IMG/VR virus record: IMGVR_UViG_3300020041_000016
Location: 1-6,086 of that record
Strand: one strand, 5' to 3'
Source of the DNA: a virus
DNA: 6,086 nt
Below, in pieces: positions 1 to 5,177 of this stretch. Position numbers and translations under genes: made by a program. Each line of letters starts with the position of its first letter. Position 1 is the stretch's first letter. The notes under the pieces were generated by a model. It ran no database searches, was not told where the DNA came from, and saw nothing but the letters and a program-made list of their open reading frames with translations.

Positions 1-121
1 CCTCCTGGTAATACTTAGGGGCAATCGTAATAGTAATAAATATCGCCTGGCGGCTCTCCGCCTTACAACGAGCAAGCTCGCGCTCTAATCTCACGAACCA
101 ATCATTACGCTGGCGACGCAA
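1..121. repeat. Terminal redundancy, left copy (identical to 5966..6086). It marks the overlap of a circular genome, not a biological repeat.
   Basis: Base-by-base comparison shows 1..121 (cctcctggtaatactt...ctggcgacgcaa) equals 5966..6086 with no mismatch. The Rep reading frame runs continuously across the implied junction. Confidence 0.97.
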
Positions 122-283
122 GCAGTCCTCGCATTTTCCACACGGAACCATCAACCACTGGCGAGCAACGTCCCAGGGGCGAAGAGCTAAGGAGGATTTA
201 GCAACATCAGAACCATTTCGACAAGGATTTCTCTTGTCAAAATAGCGACGGTTGCGTATCCATATGGGAGAAGAGCAGGGCAT
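1..283 (-). CDS. VP4: Replication initiator Rep (VP4), N-terminal segment. ATG is at 283..281, the unique part is 283..122 (aa 1-54), and 121..1 duplicates 6086..5966.
   Basis: Manual translation of the minus strand from 283 gives MPCSSPIWIRNRRYFDKRNPCRNGSDVAKSSLALRPWDVARQWLMVPCGKCEDC, followed by LRRQRNDWFVRLERE, which is the start of the 5178..6086 ORF. An in-frame stop lies upstream at 305..307. The MxCxSP and PCGxCxxC N-terminus is typical of Microviridae Rep proteins. Confidence 0.88.
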   Translation of the reverse strand, partial: MPCSSPIWIRNRRYFDKRNPCRNGSDVAKSSLALRPWDVARQWLMVPCGKCEDCLRRQRNDWFVRLERELARCKAESRQAIFITITIAPKYYQE

Positions 284-483
284 CAGAGTAAGCTTTGAAG
301 GCAATCAAATTTAATACTAGGACAATCGAGACGACAGCGAACGAGATAATCATTCGCGGGAACCTCATCAGCGAACCAGGCAATAACAACTCGCCTTTTG
401 CCTCGGTATGCACCAATAGAATAGCGATAGCGGGTACTATCAACGATAGGAGAAAATCTGGGGCGAAAATCAAAGTAATCCAT
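283..483 (-). CDS. Hypothetical small basic protein, 66 aa, immediately upstream of rep
   Basis: ATG at 483..481 (the track's 489 start is a TTG). Its TGA stop (285..283) overlaps the Rep ATG (283..281) as TGATG, a typical translational-coupling junction. Third codon positions are T-rich like VP1, whereas the competing same-strand frame (237..473) is not. Sequence: MDYFDFRPRFSPIVDSTRYRYSIGAYRGKRRVVIAWFADEVPANDYLVRCRLDCPSIKFDCLQSLL. No family recognised. Confidence 0.5.
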   Translation of the reverse strand: MDYFDFRPRFSPIVDSTRYRYSIGAYRGKRRVVIAWFADEVPANDYLVRCRLDCPSIKFDCLQSLL

Positions 484-492
484 AGTCAAAAA

Positions 493-501
493 GTAATACT
501 T
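493..501 (-). promoter_or_regulatory. Candidate Rep nick-site nonanucleotide AAGTATTAC (minus-strand reading), embedded in the mini-palindrome AAAG-TATTA-CTTT
   Basis: Plus strand gtaatactt is AAGTATTAC on the coding/virion-sense strand, an 8/9 match to the TAGTATTAC-type origin nonamer of HUH-Rep ssDNA viruses. It lies 1 nt from hairpin 503..531. An identical nonamer occurs at 8..16 (=5973..5981) inside rep. Confidence 0.3.
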
Positions 502-502
502 T

Positions 503-531
503 GCGCTTCGAAAGGCGGTACTTTCGAGCGC
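503..531. other. GC-rich stem-loop (11 bp with a 1-nt bulge, 6-nt loop) in the main intergenic region
   Basis: gcgcTtcgaaag / gcggta / ctttcgagcgc. Pairs 503-506 with 528-531 and 508-514 with 521-527, with T507 bulged. A second small hairpin, cgaaa-actg-tttcg, lies at 531..544. Confidence 0.65.
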
Positions 532-609
532 GAAAACTGTTTCGTTACGCCGCTCGACGGCCTTAACGGCCGGGACGCTTCGCGTCTTCGAGCTCCATGG
601 CTCACTTCA

Positions 610-617
610 CAAATTTA
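610..617 (-). promoter_or_regulatory. Candidate Bacteroidota-type -7 promoter box TAAATTTG (TAnnTTTG)
   Basis: Plus strand caaattta is TAAATTTG on the gene strand. It lies between the terminator and the first gene of the operon. No TTTG -33 element is present at the expected 19-21 nt spacing, and the same 8-mer also occurs at 306..313 and 5660..5667, so specificity is weak. Confidence 0.25.
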
Positions 618-620
618 TAT

Positions 621-636
621 ACCGAATAAATTCGGT
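621..636. repeat. Perfect 16-bp palindrome ACCGAAT-AA-ATTCGGT (possible operator or hairpin)
   Basis: accgaataaattcggt equals its own reverse complement. It lies 3 nt upstream (gene-strand sense) of the TAAATTTG box and 12 nt downstream of the terminator T-tract. Confidence 0.8.
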
Positions 637-648
637 GAGTGTACGAGC

Positions 649-680
649 AAAAACTCCCGGGAGAAAGGTCCTCCCGGGAG
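649..680 (-). terminator. Rho-independent terminator after the last gene of the operon
   Basis: Minus strand reads CTCCCGGGAG-GACCTTT-CTCCCGGGAG-TTTTT. This is a 10-bp perfect stem (8 G:C pairs; 654-663 paired with 671-680), a 7-nt loop, and a run of 5 T (653..649). It begins 45 nt downstream of the stop at 726..728. Confidence 0.75.
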
Positions 681-725
681 CGCCACAGTTAAAGAACTCT
701 TCCACCGAGAGGGCGGGTCACTACT

Positions 726-1049
726 TTAGTTCCCCGACTCTTTTTCTTTCGTCGTGCTTTCATCGTGAGCAAGTTCAAAGTCAAAAATGAGAATAATCGT
801 ATTGTCGAAAAACTCGACATCGAAGCCAGGAAGACTCTCGCAGGCAACAATAAGACTAGAAATATCCGAATGGTCGACGTAAGACGAATCGCTAATGCTT
901 GAACTCTTCAAAAAGCGCGAAATAGGAGAATTCGCAATAGCATCGAGGGGAAGGGGTTCAAACTGACAATCTTTGAGACGCCCTACCTGAACAAGGTCAA
1001 TTTTAAGGGCCGGGTTAATCCGACGAATAACAACATGAATTTCTGTCAT
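726..1049 (-). CDS. Hypothetical acidic protein, 107 aa
   Basis: The first ATG is at 1049..1047, and the track's 1121 start is a TTG that would overlap the upstream gene by 61 nt. The ATG start leaves an 11-nt gap after the upstream stop (1061..1063). T-rich third codon positions match the other phage genes. Sequence: MTEIHVVIRRINPALKIDLVQVGRLKDCQFEPL...FDFELAHDESTTKEKESGN. No family recognised. Confidence 0.7.
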   Translation of the reverse strand: MTEIHVVIRRINPALKIDLVQVGRLKDCQFEPLPLDAIANSPISRFLKSSSISDSSYVDHSDISSLIVACESLPGFDVEFFDNTIILIFDFELAHDESTTKEKESGN

Positions 1050-1060
1050 AGTAGCATAAT

Positions 1061-1381
1061 TTAAAGTCTTGTTTGTAATCTTATATAAAAGCGTTCCCAA
1101 GCGGCTGACTGCTTTTGCCAAAAATCAGAACCCTCAGGCGTAGCAGCAAATAAGAAGGCAGAGGAAATGAGGCGACTCGGGTCAAGGCCGGGGCTGCAGA
1201 GAGAACGCCGAATATGAGCGCGCAGGCGGTCGCGAAAACTCCTATAAGGCGAAACAGTGCACTCATAGTTTGTCTTAAAAGCGGTGTACACGCCTTGACG
1301 AACGAGCCACTCAGTGAAGGCATACTCGACGACGTCAATCATCAAATCATTGATACGAGACTTTTTACTTACCTTTTTCAT
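1061..1381 (-). CDS. Hypothetical basic protein, 106 aa
   Basis: ATG at 1381..1379 and TAA at 1063..1061. It has a Lys-rich N-terminus (MKKVSKKSR), an Arg-rich centre (RSFRDRLRAHIRRS) and a C-terminal ATPEGSDFWQKQSAAWERFY segment. Codon bias is consistent with neighbouring genes. No family recognised. Confidence 0.7.
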   Translation of the reverse strand: MKKVSKKSRINDLMIDVVEYAFTEWLVRQGVYTAFKTNYECTVSPYRSFRDRLRAHIRRSLCSPGLDPSRLISSAFLFAATPEGSDFWQKQSAAWERFYIRLQTRL

Positions 1382-1462
1382 AATAATATGGTTATTGGTT
1401 TACAGTACGAAGATACAACAAAAAAGAGATAAATGCAAAGTTCAAAAGATTGAAAGAATTGT

Positions 1463-2716
1463 TCAATTTCTCCTCAAATGACGACGGGACACCCTTGTGC
1501 CTCCGACGAACTCGCCATCACCGCTATAGATTTCCCTCTCTTCATCATAATCAACGGAAACAGGACGTTTTGACACAGCTGTGCCAGCAACAGCCATAGC
1601 GCCAACCAAGGCGGTTCTCGCCAAACTGTAACCAAAAGCGTTCTTACTGGAGCGGTTTTGAAACCAATGACCCGAGAGGCTTTGCTCTCCTTCCGAGGCT
1701 GCGAGGCCCATCAGCTTCTGATGAATCTGTCGACCCGTCATCTTCACTGTCTTACCAGTAGGCTTGCCCTTCTCGTCAACCTCCGGAACGTCAACTTTGG
1801 AGTCCCAATTTAGGGAAAACCACTCACGGAGATCAGCTAGGCTAACTTCACGTATTTCAGACTCAACATTTAAGACATCACCGGAGGCGGCGGATTCGTA
1901 AGCAGCGGCGAAATCCCGAGCGATTTGAGCAGCATAAACAGAATCAAAATATTTGTCGTTATACTTCTTGATCTGATTCGCCTCCTCAACATGTTTCGAA
2001 TACATGGCGACAAAATCTTGAAACTTATAAGTAGCCATAAGATCAGCATATTCAGCATCAGCTGCATGGATGTCAGCCAAAGCGCGATTAAGGCGAATTA
2101 ATTCAGAAGCATTATCGATGTTATACTGCAAGGACTTCTTCTCTAGCTCATCCATATCCTTTCGCCAATCTGCGCTGTGAGTGTTGCCTCTCATGAGATC
2201 AGCTTCTGCATCGTCTCGATTAGCGGCAGCAGTATTACGGTCGACCGTAGACTGCGCGACCATATTCTGCGCGATAGCAGTAGGATCAGCAGCGCCAAGG
2301 CCACCAGGGGCGACGGGTGAACCGCCAGAGGGGCCAGAAGCGGAAGACACAGGGGCGGAACCGCCGGACATAGTGGCATTGACGCCAACGCCAGAAGAAC
2401 CTAAAACAGCTGCGGGGGTAACACCAGCCTTCAAATAACGGCCGAAAACCTTCGTGGGGTCATTGTAGGCATTCTCGTAGTCAAACTGTTTCTGCCAGTT
2501 AGCGTAAGAGAGCTCTGATTGCTTCTGCATTTGCTCAAGAGCATACTTCTGTTGAAGTGCCATTTGTTTCTGCTGAAAACGCCATTGGCGGCGGGCGTTC
2601 ATGCCACCGAAAAGCTGACCGAGGGCGCCAGATATCAAACCGGTACTACCGGTAGAAGCAGCTGATTGACCAAGCGCCTGGCCAAAAGAAGCAGCAGCAG
2701 CAATAGGAATAGCCAT
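1463..2716 (-). CDS. VP2: Minor capsid / DNA pilot protein VP2, 417 aa
   Basis: ATG at 2716..2714. The layout is that of microvirus VP2: a Gly/Ala/Ser-rich N-terminus, a Gln-rich helical stretch (RRQWRFQQKQMALQQKYALEQMQKQ), then YNDPTKVFGRYLKAGVTPAAVLG, which resembles the conserved YNxPxxQxxRxxxAGLNPxLxxG motif. This is followed by a G/S/P/A low-complexity linker, a long charged helical region, and a C-terminal hydrophobic helix (ALVGAMAVAGTAV). Confidence 0.85.
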   Translation of the reverse strand: MAIPIAAAASFGQALGQSAASTGSTGLISGALGQLFGGMNARRQWRFQQKQMALQQKYALEQMQKQSELSYANWQKQFDYENAYNDPTKVFGRYLKAGVTPAAVLGSSGVGVNATMSGGSAPVSSASGPSGGSPVAPGGLGAADPTAIAQNMVAQSTVDRNTAAANRDDAEADLMRGNTHSADWRKDMDELEKKSLQYNIDNASELIRLNRALADIHAADAEYADLMATYKFQDFVAMYSKHVEEANQIKKYNDKYFDSVYAAQIARDFAAAYESAASGDVLNVESEIREVSLADLREWFSLNWDSKVDVPEVDEKGKPTGKTVKMTGRQIHQKLMGLAASEGEQSLSGHWFQNRSSKNAFGYSLARTALVGAMAVAGTAVSKRPVSVDYDEEREIYSGDGEFVGGTRVSRRHLRRN

Positions 2717-2717
2717 A

Positions 2718-3020
2718 CTATATACGGGTTAAATTGTTTGAACGAATAATGTAGTCGACGCGCACTGTGTCGATATGAACGCCACTGCGATGCATTCTAG
2801 CCTGAGCGGCACATGACGACAAGAAAAAGGCAGCTAAAGCGGCAACAATAGAGGAAACGAGCGTCCAAAAAGCCTTTGACTTGTAAAAGGGTTGTTTAGT
2901 GTCGGACATAAGGATAAAATTTAAAGAACGATAGAAAAATGCGCGGCCTCTCCTGCAGTCGTTACCAATAACCTTCAGTAATTCACGAACTCTTCCAGAA
3001 GGGGTCCGCGCACGTAACAT
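2718..3020 (-). CDS. Small membrane protein / predicted lipoprotein (100 aa from ATG 3020, or 63 aa from ATG 2909)
   Basis: The stop TAG (2720..2718) is 1 nt from the VP2 ATG. From Met38 the sequence reads MSDTKQPFYKSKAFWTLVSSIVAALAAFFLSSCAAQ. That gives a Lys-containing n-region, a ~20-aa hydrophobic core and a lipobox L-S-S-C (Cys70 codon 2813..2811), leaving a 31-aa mature peptide, CAAQARMHRSGVHIDTVRVDYIIRSNNLTRI. Start choice is unresolved because the upstream 37 aa are Arg-rich. Confidence 0.6.
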   Translation of the reverse strand: MLRARTPSGRVRELLKVIGNDCRRGRAFFYRSLNFILMSDTKQPFYKSKAFWTLVSSIVAALAAFFLSSCAAQARMHRSGVHIDTVRVDYIIRSNNLTRI

Positions 3021-3042
3021 AGATCGTCAAGTAAAGAATACA

Positions 3043-3339
3043 CTATTTTTCTTCAGAATTGGAGGATTTTGAAGCAGACTTCGATCTATCTAACTCTGAA
3101 TCAATAAGTTCCTGGCCAACCTCGAGGCCGTCAAACTTATCCATGCGAGAAAAGGAATTGGGATCAAAGTCAATATCGGGGTTGAACTTTTCACCCTTGT
3201 CGAAATCGGAAGACTCTGCCACTACATCCGGACGACCTGGGAGAACGTCGACGGAGCCAGAACCATCGAGAACCGAAAGGATACGCTGACCACGAGAAAC
3301 ATAATCTTCGCGATCTTCAATGAGCCAATCAAGTGCCAT
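3043..3339 (-). CDS. Small highly acidic protein, 98 aa (possible scaffolding-type protein)
   Basis: ATG at 3339..3337, 11 nt after the VP1 stop, and TAG at 3045..3043. The sequence is Asp/Glu-rich throughout (MALDWLIEDREDY...DIDFDPNSFSRMDKFDGLEVGQELIDSELDRSKSASKSSNSEEK). The functional call rests only on position and charge. Confidence 0.65.
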   Translation of the reverse strand: MALDWLIEDREDYVSRGQRILSVLDGSGSVDVLPGRPDVVAESSDFDKGEKFNPDIDFDPNSFSRMDKFDGLEVGQELIDSELDRSKSASKSSNSEEK

Positions 3340-3350
3340 AAGATGTAATA

Positions 3351-5174
3351 TTAACGGTTAGACAAACGGGTTGCAAAGGTTTTATTAATGAGATTCTTCT
3401 TCTGAACAGCATAAGACATATTCACAAAGAAATTGTCTTCCACGTCGGAAGCGAAAGGGGAGTTAACCTGCGACAAATCGACAAAAAGGGCAGGCGCGTA
3501 ATCAGCCTTCGAAGGCCAATAGGAACTCCAATTCAACTGACGCTGCTGTACCCAATAAGCATAAAGAGCTCGACCACGAACATTTCCAGCAGTACTAGAA
3601 ATCTGGCCTAAAACTTCGTCATAAGAAGACCGAAACTCATTAAAGCAGGGTTCTTGCGAGAAGGTCGTCTCGACAACACCGCCAACAAGATTGCCAAAGC
3701 GCCAATTAGGTACGCTCTGATATCCTATATCGTTGTAGATTGGATTGAAATAATCAGAACCTCGATAATTCAAGTAGTCAGGTTTAATCTGCGACCAGTA
3801 ATAAACAGGTCGAATACTCAACATATCAATCAAATAACCAGGCTCGCGGAAGTAATAGGACTGTCGACGACCAAGGCGATCGTTAAAGGCGATAGCGCCA
3901 CCCTGCTGACCAAGCGGACCCGAAGGAGCATTACCTCCGAAGTTGTTATATCCAGCCTGATTCATAATAACCTGCACGTTAATAGTCTGAGAGGCGCTAA
4001 AGAGAAGTTTCGGCCGATCAACGTGTTCAATTTTAGAAGCAAAAAACGTCTCGAGCCAATCGCTATAGCGAGAACCACCAGCGCCGAGGAGGTCTTTGTA
4101 TTCCTGAAGACGAGAAGCAATAGCCAACTGCGGAATAGTCTGGACGCCGGTCATCGAAACGGCAGAGCTACTACCAATAGGAAGGAGTCGACTAAATCGA
4201 TCAGGATTAGACGGGATGACAGCCATAGGATGGGCAAGATTGAAGACAATAGGCTCAGCGAGGCCCTTTGTATCATCGCGCGAGCTAAATTGATCGAGCG
4301 GAGCCGAATTTCCCCAGATTTGAAGCGCGGTTGGTTGAGACGCAACCGGATAGCCGTCACCGGCAGCACCAGCGGCGGCGCCAGAGGAGGCAATATCGGA
4401 GGCGATGATCTGCCGAAGCAAAGCAGAACGACAATAAGTATTATTGGAAGACCCTACAGCTGCGGGGTAGAACTGACTTTCAAAATAGGCATCAAGAAAT
4501 TCAAGATTACCATAACGTTGAGTAAAAAACGAATCCGAAGCAGACGTGTTAAAAACATAGGTGCCATTGGAAGCGGTAGAGCGACCTGTTACGGTATAAT
4601 ACCAAGAGGCAGGCCAAGCAAAGGAGTAGAGCCCCCATTGTGAATAACCGTAATAATTTCGGACAATATCCCAATAGGCAAGATACGTATCAGCGTTAGC
4701 CCAAACGCCTCCAACAACATTCGAGGGGAGGACGATACCGGAAGTTGAGGCAGGTGTGGTATAATCAACAGAACGATTAGATACGCGCAACCAATACATA
4801 AGTGAATTAGAAAAAGTCGCGATAGTAGAAGGAGTCGCGCCAGACGAGGGAATCCCTGGGACCGCATTGATCCAATTGAGGCTCAAGCTATTCATATCGA
4901 ACTTGCTACTATTCGTCCGAAGTTCAGGATGATACAGCTGAAGCGGCACGTAAAAACGATGAAGTCGAATAGTGTAGGGATTAAACGTCGGAACAGCGAG
5001 CGGATTACTACGAACGTCAATGCCCTGCTCAATGGACACACGGTCCCGGGCGTTAATAAAATCAATCCGCACCGGATACAAAATACCCGGTGTACACGTA
5101 AAAGCCTTACTCTCGGGAACGTCGTACCGAGAATAACCATTCACAGCGTGAGAAATAAAAGGTTGTTTTCCCAT
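3351..5174 (-). CDS. VP1: Major capsid protein VP1 (Microviridae F-protein family), 607 aa
   Basis: ATG at 5174..5172, 3 nt after the Rep stop (5180..5178). The N-terminal block FTCTPGILYPVRIDFINARDRVSIEQGIDVRSNPLAVPTFNPYTIRLHRFYVPLQLY follows the conserved pattern of microvirus coat proteins: (T/C)xxGxLxP, a short spacer, then (F/Y)FVPxRL-like. Size and position next to rep also fit. Confidence 0.93.
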   Translation of the reverse strand: MGKQPFISHAVNGYSRYDVPESKAFTCTPGILYPVRIDFINARDRVSIEQGIDVRSNPLAVPTFNPYTIRLHRFYVPLQLYHPELRTNSSKFDMNSLSLNWINAVPGIPSSGATPSTIATFSNSLMYWLRVSNRSVDYTTPASTSGIVLPSNVVGGVWANADTYLAYWDIVRNYYGYSQWGLYSFAWPASWYYTVTGRSTASNGTYVFNTSASDSFFTQRYGNLEFLDAYFESQFYPAAVGSSNNTYCRSALLRQIIASDIASSGAAAGAAGDGYPVASQPTALQIWGNSAPLDQFSSRDDTKGLAEPIVFNLAHPMAVIPSNPDRFSRLLPIGSSSAVSMTGVQTIPQLAIASRLQEYKDLLGAGGSRYSDWLETFFASKIEHVDRPKLLFSASQTINVQVIMNQAGYNNFGGNAPSGPLGQQGGAIAFNDRLGRRQSYYFREPGYLIDMLSIRPVYYWSQIKPDYLNYRGSDYFNPIYNDIGYQSVPNWRFGNLVGGVVETTFSQEPCFNEFRSSYDEVLGQISSTAGNVRGRALYAYWVQQRQLNWSSYWPSKADYAPALFVDLSQVNSPFASDVEDNFFVNMSYAVQKKNLINKTFATRLSNR

Positions 5175-5177
5175 AAA

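Noticed and set aside
1-121. Terminal direct repeats read as LTR, att or ITR-type element ends
   Set aside because: The repeat is exact, direct and lies inside the Rep coding sequence, keeping the frame continuous. That is the signature of a circular contig overrunning itself, not of a mobile-element terminus.
306-313. Additional TAAATTTG boxes at 306..313 (23 nt upstream of the Rep ATG) and 5660..5667, plus TAAGTTTG at 3132..3139, as internal promoters
   Set aside because: The 6-specified-base pattern is expected about once or more per strand in A/T-rich sequence of this length. Three of the four copies lie inside coding sequence. This weakens rather than supports motif-based promoter calls, including the one at 610..617.
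237-473. 78-aa minus-strand ORF with two hydrophobic helices, holin-like in appearance
   Set aside because: It starts at a TTG and its first ATG is codon 36. Its third positions are G/C-rich, unlike the real genes. Its hydrophobicity is what a frame shift of the T3-rich 66-aa ORF would produce. It is noted only as the alternative in the 283..483 finding.
295-729. 144-aa plus-strand ORF spanning the intergenic region
   Set aside because: It is antisense to every credible gene, whereas microviruses transcribe a single strand. It runs straight through the terminator hairpin, the palindromes and the 66-aa ORF, and I recognise no motifs in it. It is most likely a chance open frame.
726-1121. Long (131-aa) version of the last ORF
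   Set aside because: The track's start is a TTG and would overlap the upstream gene by 61 nt. The ATG at 1049 gives a clean 11-nt spacing, so the 107-aa form is preferred.
1081-1432. ORFs 1081..1338 (-) and 1214..1432 (+) overlapping the 106-aa gene
   Set aside because: These are an alternative-frame and an antisense ORF wholly within a better-supported gene, with no independent support.
2181-2438. 85-aa plus-strand ORF, plus small minus-strand ORFs 2191..2388 and 1870..2067, inside VP2
   Set aside because: They fall on the GC-rich stretch encoding the Gly/Ser/Pro/Ala low-complexity linker of VP2. Their Ala/Pro-rich or Leu-rich translations are composition artefacts.
3059-3289. 76-aa plus-strand ORF antisense to the 98-aa acidic gene
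   Set aside because: It is the Ser-rich mirror of an Asp/Glu-rich gene, lies on the wrong strand, and has no signals.
3654-4643. 329-aa plus-strand ORF antisense to VP1
   Set aside because: It is a long Arg/Ile/Ser-rich open frame opposite a gene with strong codon bias, which is a common antisense artefact. It has no start context or motifs and lies on the wrong strand for this virus family.
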